Shown here one piece after another: positions 44,064 to 53,838 of a DNA stretch of 64,000 nucleotides (the first letter of the stretch is position 1; every line of letters starts with the position of its first letter). A program made the translations under genes and the position numbers. Below the pieces are notes generated by a model that made no database searches, was not told the DNA's origin, and saw nothing but the letters and a program-made list of their open reading frames with translations. The stretch covers positions 21,191 through 85,190 of the forward strand of contig JAJZFB010000037.1 in the NCBI GenBank assembly GCA_021805545.1. The letters run 5' to 3'. The DNA is from Pseudomonadota bacterium (GTDB lineage Bacteria > Pseudomonadota > Alphaproteobacteria > Acetobacterales > Acetobacteraceae).

Positions 44064-44107
44064 GACGGCCCTTCAGGGCCGTCCACCATACCCGCATAAG
44101 CGGGTAT
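44064..44107. terminator. two adjacent hairpins between the convergent phoB and tautomerase genes (bidirectional terminator candidate)
   Basis: GACGGCCC-TTCA-GGGCCGTC (44064-44083) and ATACCCGC-ATAA-GCGGGTAT (44088-44107). On the minus strand the first is followed by GCTTTTC. Confidence 0.6.
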
Positions 44108-44129
44108 CTTACAAAGCCCCACCTTTACG

Positions 44130-44360
44130 TCAGGCTTCATCCTGCCCAGCGTCTGCCTTGGCGCAACCCGGCCCGAATTTATCGGCATGCAGTTGGCCGC
44201 CTGTTGCCCAATTTTCCCGCTCAAACTCGTCAATCAACAGCGTCACCCATTCCGGGCGCACATCCAGTGTTTCAGCCACCGCCTTGGTTACAGCGGCAGC
44301 CAATGCCCGCTTACGTTCAACCGGACGCCCCTTCGCAATCCTGATTGTGACAACAGGCAC
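44130..44360 (-). CDS. 4-oxalocrotonate tautomerase family protein
   Basis: 76 aa. Starts MPVVTIRIAKGRPVERKRALAAAVTKAV (catalytic Pro-1, beta-alpha-beta pattern). Confidence 0.75.
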   Translation of the reverse strand: MPVVTIRIAKGRPVERKRALAAAVTKAVAETLDVRPEWVTLLIDEFERENWATGGQLHADKFGPGCAKADAGQDEA

Positions 44361-44371
44361 TGAGCGGTCTC

Positions 44372-44680
44372 CTATCTCTGATCTGGACGCAGCTTATTCT
44401 CAAACGTCCAAATCGCCGTGGTTGCCCCCTTTAGCCGCTGCGCCTTCCACGGCGCATAGTCCGGGTCAGCCAGAAAATCATGAATCGCCTTCTCGTCAGG
44501 GAACGTGAACAGGATCATCGTCTTTGGCACCGGCACATCGCCCTCGCACACCGTCACGGGGCCAGAAGAAGCAATGCGCTTGCCGCCGAAACGCTCATAA
44601 ATATCAGGCACTGCCGCCATGTAATCCTTCACCCAAGACGGATCGTGCACATCAAGCGTCACCACCATGTAAGCGGTCAT
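44372..44680 (-). CDS. DUF1330 domain protein
   Basis: 102 aa. MTAYMVVTLDVHDPSWVKDYMAAVPDIYERFGGK...FPDEKAIHDFLADPDYAPWKAQR fits my recollection of DUF1330. Confidence 0.7.
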   Translation of the reverse strand: MTAYMVVTLDVHDPSWVKDYMAAVPDIYERFGGKRIASSGPVTVCEGDVPVPKTMILFTFPDEKAIHDFLADPDYAPWKAQRLKGATTAIWTFENKLRPDQR

Positions 44681-44781
44681 ACGGAGAACCCCTTTTCAAA
44701 ACCTGAATAATCCTTGTGCCGTCTTCATAGAGGTCTGCGCGTACAACGCAATATGTCCGGTCAAATCCCTCCGCCACCTGT

Positions 44782-45630
44782 TCAGGCGCTTCCATCCAGG
44801 TTCACCATCACCTTCAGGCTGTAATGTGGCGGCGCGACAAGCCGGTATATTTCCTCCAGCTCTATCGCCGCCAGGGTTATTGTTCCAGAATCGAATAATT
44901 TCTGCGCCGCCGCCAGGCCACGCGCATGTATCGCCGCCGCCATCGCGCCATCCACCGGCACGGGCCGGTATATCTCCAGCCCGCCCAGCGCACATCCCGG
45001 CCGCACGGCTTCCGCCAGGCACGTGCTCTCATCAGTTTCAGGCCGCATACACACAGAAATAGCGCCCATGCATGAAGCGGCCAGTGCCGCCGAGCCTGCC
45101 GCCACATGAATCCGGTTCACCCAGCCCAGCGCCAGGCCATCGTAAAACCAGCCCGCGGCAGCCAGCCCGCGCGTGCGCAACGCGGCACTCAACGGCACAT
45201 TTACATCGTAACGCTGATAAGCCGGCCAATCCATCATCCGCGGCGTCACGCTCTGCCCCTCGGCCAGATGAAACGATAAAATACCACGGTTATTAACAAA
45301 AGCCCGCTCCACCTGGCCGGCGGCCGCCATGGCGGCGCATAATTCATCAGCCACCGCCCCGTGCAGCACCGCCAGTTTTGGCACGTCCAGCCCTTCGCAA
45401 GCGGCCAGAATCCGCCGGCCTGCCGCTCCCGTTGCCGCCTTGCCCGCTTGCAAAAGCGGCAATTCCTCGGCCAATTCCACCAGCAGCGCCCGCGCGCGTT
45501 CAATGCATGCATCATAGGCCCGGCCTACCTCTGGCGGGCTGCCAAATGCCTGAATTATGAGATCGAGCACCCCTTCCTGCAGATGCAGCCTCTTACCATC
45601 CGGCAGCCAGGCCACGCGCAAACGCCTCAT
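44782..45630 (-). CDS. conserved hypothetical protein (UPF0280/ApbE-like by recollection)
   Basis: ATG 45630-45628 gives MRRLRVAWLPDGKRLHLQEGVLDLIIQAFGSPPEV..., resembling the LPDGxRLHLQHGPIDLI N-terminus I associate with UPF0280. Not verified. Confidence 0.45.
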   Translation of the reverse strand: MRRLRVAWLPDGKRLHLQEGVLDLIIQAFGSPPEVGRAYDACIERARALLVELAEELPLLQAGKAATGAAGRRILAACEGLDVPKLAVLHGAVADELCAAMAAAGQVERAFVNNRGILSFHLAEGQSVTPRMMDWPAYQRYDVNVPLSAALRTRGLAAAGWFYDGLALGWVNRIHVAAGSAALAASCMGAISVCMRPETDESTCLAEAVRPGCALGGLEIYRPVPVDGAMAAAIHARGLAAAQKLFDSGTITLAAIELEEIYRLVAPPHYSLKVMVNLDGSA

Positions 45631-45760
45631 GCCGCCCTTCTCCACGCCATAACCCGGAGAGGTCTTGGCAAGCAGGCAGAGACCCATTCACCTTTCATGG
45701 ATTACGCATAGCGGCGATACCCCCCGCCACGCAAGCACAACCTCACGTCGCAAATCCGTA

Positions 45761-46867
45761 TCAGCGGAATCGCATCGGGTTGATCGCGGGAATGATCTTT
45801 CCCGCAGCCCCCGGGTCTTCACCCTTCACCATCGCCGCCACCAGCGCGCTTGCCGCCGGTGCCGTCTGAATCCCATACCCGCCCTGGCCCACACACCAGA
45901 AAAATCCCGGCGCGGCATTATCCCACCCAAACGCCAGCGAACGGTCCGGCGTAAACGTGCGCAATCCAGCCCAGCTATGCTCAACCCGGCGCACTTTTAT
46001 ATTCAGCGCCTGCTGCATGCGGTCTATGCCCATGGCCACATCCAGTTCCTCTGGCCGCACATCATGCGGCACATCCGGTGTTTCATCGCATGGCGTCACC
46101 ATCAGCCTGGTCCGCGCCTCGGTGCGCGCATACCAATCATGCCCGGCAGACTGTACCAGCGGCCAATGTTCCACGTCCCATGGCGCGGGGTCTATAATCG
46201 CGGCTGTGCGCCGGCGCGGCACCAGCCCTATGGGCTGCAGCCCGGCAATCCGCGCCACCTCATCGCCCCAGGCTCCCGCGGCATTCACCACAACCGGCGC
46301 GGCAATCACCGCACCGCCCGAAGTTTCCACCTCCCACACCCCGTTCTTGCGCTCAATCCGTCCGGCTCTGTGCCGCAGCATCAACTGCCCGCCCGCCGCG
46401 CGCATCCGGCGCAGAAAAAACTGGTGGAGTGCCGCCACATCCATATCGAACCCGTCAGATTCCAGTCCGGCCCGTACGGCATAGCCATCGATGATGGCCG
46501 GGCAAAGCTCCTTGGCCCGCGCCAGCGAAATTTCCTCAACCCCCAAATCCTGCGCAATCAGCGCATCCAGCGCCTCAATCTGCTCCGGCGGCGCCAGATA
46601 CAAAATCCGCCGCCCCACGGCGAGCCTGTCCGTCCCAATATCCTCTGGCGGATTCTGGTAAAAATCATAGGATAGCCCGGTGAGCACGCGCACATCCGGC
46701 GGCCCGTAATTGCGAATCCAGATCGCCGCTGAGCGCCCGGTGGTATGGAAACCCGCCTGCGCCTCCATCTCCAGCAGCGCCACCCTGTGCGTGGCCCCCA
46801 GCCTGGCGGAAACCGAGGCCCCCACCATTCCCGCGCCAATCACGGCAACATCAAACTGCTCACTCAT
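45761..46867 (-). CDS. FAD-dependent oxidoreductase (DAO / D-amino-acid or glycine oxidase-like)
   Basis: 368 aa. FDVAVIGAGMVGASVSARL dinucleotide fold, DAO-family length and pattern. Confidence 0.8.
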   Translation of the reverse strand: MSEQFDVAVIGAGMVGASVSARLGATHRVALLEMEAQAGFHTTGRSAAIWIRNYGPPDVRVLTGLSYDFYQNPPEDIGTDRLAVGRRILYLAPPEQIEALDALIAQDLGVEEISLARAKELCPAIIDGYAVRAGLESDGFDMDVAALHQFFLRRMRAAGGQLMLRHRAGRIERKNGVWEVETSGGAVIAAPVVVNAAGAWGDEVARIAGLQPIGLVPRRRTAAIIDPAPWDVEHWPLVQSAGHDWYARTEARTRLMVTPCDETPDVPHDVRPEELDVAMGIDRMQQALNIKVRRVEHSWAGLRTFTPDRSLAFGWDNAAPGFFWCVGQGGYGIQTAPAASALVAAMVKGEDPGAAGKIIPAINPMRFR

Positions 46868-47627
46868 CGAACAAAAACGCCTTCAGCGCGGCAATCACCT
46901 CGCGCGGCTTATCCGCGTGCAGCCAGTGCGCCGCGCCCTCAATGCTCTCGCGCTTTGCGGTGGGAAACAGCGCATCTATCACCCCTTCCGCGGCCGGTGT
47001 TACATACCCACTTTCCGCCCCGCGCAAAAACAGCGTAGGGCCAGTATAGGGCCGCGCGCCGGGCAATTCCTTCCAGGCCAGCAAATCCGGCATCGCCACC
47101 TGAATCTCCCGTAGCCCCACACGCCAGCGCGGCTGCGCGCCCAGCACCAGATTATTCAACAAAAACGCCCGCATCGGCGCCGCCTTCACCGTTTGCGCCA
47201 AATACGCATCGGCCTCGCCGCGTGTCAGCCCGGGCGAAAGCGGCATGGCCAGCATCGCCGTCACATAATCCTCGTAATCATGGTCATAGGTAATGGGGGC
47301 AATATCCATCACCACCAGCCGTTCCACCATCTCCGGCCTTGTCAGCGCCAGCGCCATCGCCGTTTTTCCGCCCAGCGAATGCCCCGCGATCTTGAACCGG
47401 GAAACCCCCAGGCTTTCCAGCGTCTCCGCCACATCGGCCGCCATGGTGGCAAAATCCATCGGCAAGCCATGCGGACTCTCGCCGTGGTTGCGCAAATCCA
47501 GCGCAATCACCTTGGCCTGCTGGCTCAGCGCGCGGATGAGAATCCCCAAGTTGCGCGCCGCCCCAAACAGCCCGTGCACCAGCACCACCGGCTCGCCTTC
47601 ACCCGTAACAGACGCTTTTAGAATCAT
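46860..47627 (-). CDS. alpha/beta hydrolase (YbfF-like esterase)
   Basis: 255 aa. VLVHGLFG oxyanion region, GHSLGG nucleophile elbow, C-terminal GAAHWLHADKP. 8-nt overlap with the downstream oxidoreductase. Confidence 0.8.
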   Translation of the reverse strand: MILKASVTGEGEPVVLVHGLFGAARNLGILIRALSQQAKVIALDLRNHGESPHGLPMDFATMAADVAETLESLGVSRFKIAGHSLGGKTAMALALTRPEMVERLVVMDIAPITYDHDYEDYVTAMLAMPLSPGLTRGEADAYLAQTVKAAPMRAFLLNNLVLGAQPRWRVGLREIQVAMPDLLAWKELPGARPYTGPTLFLRGAESGYVTPAAEGVIDALFPTAKRESIEGAAHWLHADKPREVIAALKAFLFDE

Positions 47628-47695
47628 GCGCGCACTGTCGCGGCTCGCCGTAAAAATCTCAACCCCCGCACCAAAATTGCAGCTATGACAGGCGT

Positions 47696-48901
47696 ATGAT
47701 TCTCCTTCTGGTTGTACCCGCCCTACTCTGCCTGCTCGCCCTCACCTGGCTGTACCCGCTCCCCGCCGCCATCGTCTGGGTATTGGCCCTGTCCACCTCG
47801 CCCGATGCCTGGGCGGGCGCGGCACAGCAGGAAGCCATCTCGGGCGCCATGAAAGCCTATGGCCTGGTCCTCGTTGCCAGCCTCGCATTGCGCGCAGGCC
47901 CCAGGCGGGACCGTTACAACCCCGCCTTCGCCTTCGCCGCCATGTTCTGCACCGGTCTCTTCCACGGGTTTTATCCCGGCCTCACCTTGCTTTCCTCGCT
48001 GCGCTCCCTCATCGGCTCCGCCGCGCCATTCCTGTTCTCGTTTATCCGCCTGCCGCAAAACTTCTGCGCCATCCTCATCAAAACCGTGCAATGGGCACCG
48101 CTTTTCGCGGTATTGTTCAGCGCCGCCCTGGCCATGGCGGGCCTCGGCCATTTTTACGATTTCGAACTCGGCGCCCTTCGCCTGGGGGCCACCGATCAAC
48201 CTCCTTTTCTCGCCGGCTTTGCCCTCACCGGCCTCTATGCCGGGCTAATGGAGTATTGCTCTGCACCAGATCGCTCCACGCTGCCCGCCTTGGCCATGAA
48301 TTTCCTCATCATCCTGCTCACCGGCGCACGCGCCCCGCTTGCCATCGCCTGCACCGGCATTGCTTTTTTCCTGCTCCTGCGCCGTCAGATTCTGCCACTC
48401 GCCGCGGCGGGCGCAGCGCTTGCCGCGGGGATTCTGCTCTCCAGCCAGCTCGGCTTCCTCCGCATCATCGACCTCACCCGCCTGGGCGACATCACCAGCC
48501 TGTCCCACCGCAACATCGTCTGGCCCTATTTCGAATCCGCTTTCGGCGCCTCGCCTTGGCTGGGCTGGGGCGTGGGTGCCGGCAAATACATCATCCCCGT
48601 CACCTCACAGATCAACGCCGTGCTCGGCACCAATGCCGCACATAATGAATATCTGCGCCTCGGCACGGAAGGCGGCGCCATCGGCCTTGGTTTTCTCGTG
48701 CTTCTGCTTATCCTGTGGGTGCGCCGGAACACTGCCTTCATGCCTTCCGCGCCGCGCTGGATGATGCGGATGATTTTCATTGGCTTTGCGGTTCATTCGG
48801 CCACGGACAATACCATGATTGCAACCACCAGCAGCGCATTCTTCCTATGGGTTTCCTGCATATTCGCAATTAGCGCCAATCCGGCTAAACCTGTTGCATG
48901 A
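47696..48901 (+). CDS. O-antigen ligase (Wzy_C) family membrane protein
   Basis: 401 aa, about 10 TM. Periplasmic-loop motif NAAHNEYLRLGTEGGAIG is typical of the Wzy_C/WaaL family. Confidence 0.65.
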   Translation: MILLLVVPALLCLLALTWLYPLPAAIVWVLALSTSPDAWAGAAQQEAISGAMKAYGLVLVASLALRAGPRRDRYNPAFAFAAMFCTGLFHGFYPGLTLLSSLRSLIGSAAPFLFSFIRLPQNFCAILIKTVQWAPLFAVLFSAALAMAGLGHFYDFELGALRLGATDQPPFLAGFALTGLYAGLMEYCSAPDRSTLPALAMNFLIILLTGARAPLAIACTGIAFFLLLRRQILPLAAAGAALAAGILLSSQLGFLRIIDLTRLGDITSLSHRNIVWPYFESAFGASPWLGWGVGAGKYIIPVTSQINAVLGTNAAHNEYLRLGTEGGAIGLGFLVLLLILWVRRNTAFMPSAPRWMMRMIFIGFAVHSATDNTMIATTSSAFFLWVSCIFAISANPAKPVA

Positions 48902-49884
48902 TCACACGCCGCCTCGCCCTCGCCAGCCCGCTCGCCATGCTCGCCGAACCCGCCATGGGGCAGACGCCGCCATCGCCCATTTGCATGGTCATGAACTCCG
49001 CCGGCGCCTCGGTTTCTGTCATCGACATGGCAACCCGGCAGGTTATTGCCACCGAGCCCACCTATCGCGAGCCCAGCCATTGGGTACTCACGCCCGACCG
49101 CCAGACCCTGTATATCTGCGACGCCTCGGGCAATGCGCTCTTCGCGTTCAACCCCAAAACCGGCGCCCCGCGCGGCCATGTGCGGCTCGCCGACCCCTAC
49201 CAGCTCGGCTACACGCCCGACCAGAAATACCTCGTGGTCAACGCGCTGCGTCTCAATTTCGTCGATATATACGACGCCGCCACGCTAACCCTGGCCAAGC
49301 GCTTCAAGCCCGGCCAGTGGCCCAGCCATCTCGATTTCTCGCCGGATTCGCGTTGGGGGTTTTCCTCCCTGCAAAAATCCAACGCGCTGTTCTCCTACGA
49401 TCTCACAACCATGGCGCCACGCTGGAAAGTGCATATCGGCAACACACCAGCCGGTGTGCTGTGGCTGCACGGCAAGCTCATCGTCTGCATCATGGGCGAG
49501 GATTGCATCGTCGAGGTGGACCCGCTCGATGGCCGCATCATCCGCCGCCAGGTTACCGGCCCCGGCGCGCATAATGTGTTTCTCGATAAGGCCAGCAACC
49601 TTCTCTACGTCTCCAACCGCGGCCCGGGCAAAACCTCGCTTTCCGCGCTCGACCCTGTAACGTTGAAAGTGCAGCGTGATTACGACCTGCCCGGCGGCCC
49701 GGACGACTTACAAATCGCCCCTGACGGCAAAATCTGGATCGCCTTGCGTTATGCGGAATCCGTCGCCATTCTCGACCCCGTGACCGGCGATTTCAGCACA
49801 ATCCCCGTCGGCCGCTCGCCGCACGGCATCTATCTCAGCACCGATCTCGGCCTGATAGGCAAGCTGACGGCGGAAATCGTCTGA
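48898..49884 (+). CDS. secreted beta-propeller protein (YVTN/YncE-like repeats)
   Basis: 328 aa. N-terminal signal-like segment. Repeated (S/N)xxSVIDxxT / LYVSNRG / IAxxD units. ATGA overlap with the ligase gene. Confidence 0.55.
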   Translation: MITRRLALASPLAMLAEPAMGQTPPSPICMVMNSAGASVSVIDMATRQVIATEPTYREPSHWVLTPDRQTLYICDASGNALFAFNPKTGAPRGHVRLADPYQLGYTPDQKYLVVNALRLNFVDIYDAATLTLAKRFKPGQWPSHLDFSPDSRWGFSSLQKSNALFSYDLTTMAPRWKVHIGNTPAGVLWLHGKLIVCIMGEDCIVEVDPLDGRIIRRQVTGPGAHNVFLDKASNLLYVSNRGPGKTSLSALDPVTLKVQRDYDLPGGPDDLQIAPDGKIWIALRYAESVAILDPVTGDFSTIPVGRSPHGIYLSTDLGLIGKLTAEIV

Positions 49885-49907
49885 TCCGCTTCTCTCCGGG
49901 GGAACTC

Positions 49908-50864
49908 ATGGACCGCTTTTTTTCCAATCTCGCCGGTGCCATGGACCAGTACGCGGTGCTGCCCATCCTCTACCATTTCCACTGGATGGAATGGGACGAT
50001 CTGGCCTTCGGCTGGTGTCTCGTCAGCATCTATGGTCTGTTCGCCGTGCTGGCCACCTACGCCATTTGCTGGCCCGCAGAAAAATTCTTCCCCATAGAGC
50101 GCTGGGCCAGCCAGAAAGCCGTGCTGACGGACGTGTTCTACACCTTCCTCAACCGCGTTGGCGTCATCCCCATCATCACCTTTCTGTTGTTCTACCAGGC
50201 GCAAAGCTGGTTCACCGGCATTGTGGTGGAGGCAGGCTTCATCCCCCCCACGCTGGATGAGCTCATCCCGCCGCTGCTCTACCACCCCATCCTCACCTTC
50301 TTCATCTACGCCCTCATCCTCGACTATGCCGATTACTGGCGCCACCGCCTCTCGCACAGCTTCCGTGCCTGGTACGCGCTGCACGCGCTGCACCACGCCC
50401 AGCGCCAGATGAGCTTCTGGTCCGACGACCGGAACCATTTCTTCGACGACGCCATCTCCTTCCTCTGGTTCTTCACCATCGGCCTCATCATCGGCATCCC
50501 GCCGCTGCAATTCCCGCTGCTCATCCTGGGGTTGCGCTTTATCGAGAGCTTCTCCCACGCCAACATCAAGCTCTCCTTCGGCCCGCTGGAATATCTCATC
50601 GTTTCGCCGCGCTTCCACCGGCTGCACCACGGCTTGCGCGCCGCCGGGCGCGTCTCCTGCAATTACGGCGCCGTGTTCCCCATCTGGGACATTCTCCACC
50701 GCACCGCCGATTTCTCGCCCGTCTGGCTGCCTACCGGCGACGCCAAGGCGCCCGAGGCCCTGGCCACGGGCAGCTACCTGGAGCAGCAAATTTGCGGGGC
50801 AAAAATGTTCTTCCGGGCCTTGATTGCGCGTAAGCGCCCCCTTGGCGGCGGGCAGCCAACGTAA
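49908..50864 (+). CDS. fatty acid hydroxylase / sterol desaturase superfamily membrane di-iron enzyme
   Basis: 318 aa. Histidine boxes HRLSH, HALHH and HRLHH, plus 4-5 TM. Confidence 0.75.
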   Translation: MDRFFSNLAGAMDQYAVLPILYHFHWMEWDDLAFGWCLVSIYGLFAVLATYAICWPAEKFFPIERWASQKAVLTDVFYTFLNRVGVIPIITFLLFYQAQSWFTGIVVEAGFIPPTLDELIPPLLYHPILTFFIYALILDYADYWRHRLSHSFRAWYALHALHHAQRQMSFWSDDRNHFFDDAISFLWFFTIGLIIGIPPLQFPLLILGLRFIESFSHANIKLSFGPLEYLIVSPRFHRLHHGLRAAGRVSCNYGAVFPIWDILHRTADFSPVWLPTGDAKAPEALATGSYLEQQICGAKMFFRALIARKRPLGGGQPT

Positions 50865-50878
50865 TACGAGGCTTTTTC

Positions 50879-52105
50879 ATGAGCAAAGACATCAAAAAAG
50901 TCGTCCTGGCCTATTCCGGCGGGTTGGACACATCGGTCATCCTGCGCTGGCTGCAAAACACCTATCATTGCGAGGTGGTCACCTTCACCGCCGATCTCGG
51001 ACAGGGTGAAGAGCTGGAACCGGCCCGTAAGAAGGCCGAAATGTTCGGCATCAAGCAGATTTTCATCGAGGATCTGCGCGAGACCTTCGTGAAGGATTTC
51101 GTCTTCCCGATGTTCCGCGCCAACACGCTGTATGAGGGCCAATACCTGCTTGGCACCTCCATCGCCCGCCCCCTCATCGCCCAGCGCCAGATCGAAATCG
51201 CCGAGATGGTCGGCGCCGATGCCGTGGCCCATGGCGCCACCGGCAAGGGCAACGACCAGGTCCGCTTCGAGCTTGGCTATTACGCGCTCAACCCCAATAT
51301 CCACGTTATCGCCCCCTGGCGCGAATGGGACCTCACCTCCCGCACCAAGCTCATCGAATACGCGGAAGCCAACCAGATCCCCATTACCAAGGACAAGCGC
51401 GGCGAGGCCCCTTTCTCGGTGGACGCCAATTTGCTGCACTCCTCCTCCGAGGGCAAAATCCTCGAAGACCCCGCCGTGGCGCCGGATGAGATCGTGTACC
51501 AGCGCACCATCTCGCCGGAAGCCGCGCCGGATAAAGCCACCGAAATCTCCATCGACTTCATGCATGGCGATGCCGTGGGCCTGAACGGCGAGGCGCTTTC
51601 CCCCGCCACCATCCTCACCCGGCTGAACGAATACGGCAAAGCCAACGGCATCGGCCGGCTGGATCTGGTGGAAAACCGCTTCGTCGGCATGAAGTCGCGC
51701 GGCGTGTACGAAACCCCCGGCGGCACCATCCTGCTCGCCGCGCATCGGGGCATTGAGAGCATCACGCTGGACCGCGAGGCCGGGCACCTGAAAGACAGCC
51801 TGATGCCCCGCTATGCGGAGCTCATCTATAACGGCTTCTGGTTCTCGCCCGAGCGCCGTATGCTCCAGGCGCTTATCGACACCTCTCAGGCCTCGGTCAC
51901 CGGGCGGGTATTCCTTAAGCTCTATAAGGGCAACGTCATCGTCACCGGCCGCGAAAGCCCCCATTCGCTCTACAATACGCGCATGGTCACGTTCGAGGAC
52001 GATGAAGGCGCCTATAACCAGCAGGACGCCGCGGGCTTCATCAAGCTCAACGCGCTGCGCCTGCGCCTCGGCGCTTCCATCGGCCGCCGCGGCGGGTCTC
52101 TGTAA
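50879..52105 (+). CDS. argG: argininosuccinate synthase
   Basis: 408 aa. [37 protein letters not shown]. Confidence 0.95.
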   Translation: MSKDIKKVVLAYSGGLDTSVILRWLQNTYHCEVVTFTADLGQGEELEPARKKAEMFGIKQIFIEDLRETFVKDFVFPMFRANTLYEGQYLLGTSIARPLIAQRQIEIAEMVGADAVAHGATGKGNDQVRFELGYYALNPNIHVIAPWREWDLTSRTKLIEYAEANQIPITKDKRGEAPFSVDANLLHSSSEGKILEDPAVAPDEIVYQRTISPEAAPDKATEISIDFMHGDAVGLNGEALSPATILTRLNEYGKANGIGRLDLVENRFVGMKSRGVYETPGGTILLAAHRGIESITLDREAGHLKDSLMPRYAELIYNGFWFSPERRMLQALIDTSQASVTGRVFLKLYKGNVIVTGRESPHSLYNTRMVTFEDDEGAYNQQDAAGFIKLNALRLRLGASIGRRGGSL

Positions 52106-52113
52106 TATACACC

Positions 52114-52140
52114 GCAAGCTGGCCGCCCAGGCCAGCTTGC
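52114..52140 (+). terminator. hairpin after argG (GCAAGCTGGCC-GCCCA-GGCCAGCTTGC)
   Basis: 11-bp perfect stem 9 nt after the stop. No clear U-tract. Confidence 0.55.
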
Positions 52141-52155
52141 TCCCCGTCAACAGAA

Positions 52156-52188
52156 CCGCAAAGCACTCTCATCTCAAGCCAAGCGCGG
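52156..52188. repeat. decayed copy of the right half of module B
   Basis: CCGCAAAGCACTCTCATCTCAAGCCAAGCGCG versus CGCAAAGCGAGCGCATCTCAAGTCATCGCG, roughly 80 percent identity by eye. Confidence 0.4.
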
Positions 52189-52379
52189 CGATCCATCTTC
52201 AGCTCGAAATTCTCGGTTTGGTTGTATCCCCGCCCCGGCTCAGGTGCAGTTTTCGTGCAGCGTCCAGCGCAGAACAGCCAAAACGCAGCCGCGATCTGCG
52301 GCAAAAATCTGCCCGCACACAGCAAGATGCCAGTAAAACCTGGCCCTTTGCTTGCGAATAGAGAGAAAAGCCCTGCCAC

Positions 52380-52394
52380 GAACAAAAAACGAAC
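52380..52394. promoter_or_regulatory. alphaproteobacterial SOS (LexA) box GAAC-N7-GAAC upstream of recA
   Basis: GAACAAAAAACGAAC read directly, about 165 nt upstream of the recA ATG. Confidence 0.7.
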
Positions 52395-52411
52395 AATTTA
52401 TTAACAGATAT

Positions 52412-52426
52412 GTTGCTATTTTGTTC
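52412..52426. promoter_or_regulatory. second, imperfect SOS box (GTTG-N7-GTTC)
   Basis: GTTGCTATTTTGTTC lies 18 nt after the first box, in the opposite orientation. Confidence 0.4.
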
Positions 52427-52556
52427 CTTCCATGCCAGTTTTCCTTAACGAATCGCTCTGGCCTTTCAAGGAAAACACGTTATGGTTGTATCCACCACCA
52501 GCAAGAAACCACGTTTGACAGCGCTCGAGTCGATGTTGGACGCTCCGGAGGCAACA

Positions 52557-53627
52557 ATGGCGACAGTGACTGCAATGGCGACAAAACCCGATCTTGAGAA
52601 GAACAAGGCGCTGGACGCCGCAATGGCGCAAATCGAGCGTGCCTTCGGCAAAGGCTCCATCATGCGCATGGGCGCCAAGGGCGGCAACGAGGCCATCGAG
52701 GTTATCCCCTCCGGCTCGCTGGGATTGGACCTCGCCTTGGGCATAGGCGGCCTGCCACGCGGCCGCGTGATTGAAATTTACGGCCCGGAATCCTCCGGCA
52801 AAACCACCCTTGCCCTGCACGCCATCGCCGAGGCGCAGAAGCGCGGCGGCGTCTGCGCCTTCGTCGATGCCGAACATGCGCTCGACCCCATCTATGCCCG
52901 CAAGCTCGGCGTGGATATCGATAATCTCCTCATTTCCCAGCCCGATACAGGCGAGCAAGGGCTGGAAATTGCCGACACGCTGGTCCGCTCCGGCTCCATC
53001 GACGTTCTGGTTATCGACTCCGTCGCCGCCCTGGTGCCCCGCGCCGAGCTGGAGGGCGAGATGGGGGACAGCCATGTCGGCCTGCATGCCCGCCTGATGA
53101 GCCAGGCGCTGCGTAAAATCACCGGATCGGTCGCCCGCAGCAACACCATGCTGATCTTCCTCAACCAGATCCGCCTCAAAATCGGCGTCATGTTCGGCAA
53201 TCCGGAAACCACCACCGGCGGCAACGCGCTCAAATTCTATGCCTCCATACGCATGGAAATCCGCCGCACCGGCTCCATCAAGGAGCGCGAGGAAGTCACT
53301 GGCAATCATACCCGCGTGAAAGTGGTGAAGAACAAGCTCGCCCCGCCCTTCCGGCAGGTGGAGTTCGATATCATGTTCGGCGAAGGCATCAGCAAAGCCG
53401 GTGAACTTATCGATCTCGGCGTGAAGGCCGGGGTGGTGGAAAAATCCGGCGCCTGGTTCTCTTATGATTCCACGCGCATTGGCCAGGGCCGTGAGAACGC
53501 CAAGCAATATCTGCGCGACAACCCCAAAACCGCCGAAGCCATCGAGAAGAAGATCCGCGAGCAATCCGCCAGCTTCGCCGAGGCTCTGATGGCCTCTGGC
53601 GAAAGTACGGATGGCGAAGAAGATTAA
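52557..53627 (+). CDS. recA: recombinase RecA
   Basis: ATG 52557 is preceded by GGAGG at 7 nt (the track ORF starts upstream at 52482). [43 protein letters not shown]. Confidence 0.95.
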   Translation: MATVTAMATKPDLEKNKALDAAMAQIERAFGKGSIMRMGAKGGNEAIEVIPSGSLGLDLALGIGGLPRGRVIEIYGPESSGKTTLALHAIAEAQKRGGVCAFVDAEHALDPIYARKLGVDIDNLLISQPDTGEQGLEIADTLVRSGSIDVLVIDSVAALVPRAELEGEMGDSHVGLHARLMSQALRKITGSVARSNTMLIFLNQIRLKIGVMFGNPETTTGGNALKFYASIRMEIRRTGSIKEREEVTGNHTRVKVVKNKLAPPFRQVEFDIMFGEGISKAGELIDLGVKAGVVEKSGAWFSYDSTRIGQGRENAKQYLRDNPKTAEAIEKKIREQSASFAEALMASGESTDGEED

Positions 53628-53838
53628 ACCCCCGCGTAATAAGCAGCTAACGCGCTGCGCATATAGATGAGCAAATTGTTACTCTATGGTGCAGCGAGAA
53701 ATGCATTTATGTTTATTTTTAGTATATTAGCGAGAGATTGCGCCATACCGCACATCTGCCGCGCCTAAAATCGGCTTGACCCCGCACTCTCGGTGCGGTC
53801 AAGATGACAATCCGTTCATCAAAAGTTAGGGTTGCCAT

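Noticed and set aside
50774-52150. 458-aa minus-strand ORF. The same pattern applies to 52416..53564, 55468..56502, 5711..7057 and 49830..50789.
   Set aside because: Each is antisense to argG, recA, alaS, ctaD/ctaC or the hydroxylase respectively. All are low-complexity shadow ORFs.
52047-52385. Minus-strand ORF starting next to the recA SOS box with a hydrophobic N-terminus (MFVAGLFSLFASK...). This was reminiscent of SOS-induced type I toxins.
   Set aside because: It has a TTG start with no Shine-Dalgarno sequence. By my hand count its third-position GC is only about 56 percent, against a much higher value in real genes here. It also runs into the argG 3' end. Not supportable from sequence alone.
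53640-53838. AT-rich island and imperfect hairpin (53776-53804) between recA and the hybrid kinase, considered as a mobile-element scar or sRNA
   Set aside because: It has no similarity to the repeat modules, no ORF and no recognisable motif. It is probably just the kinase promoter region.
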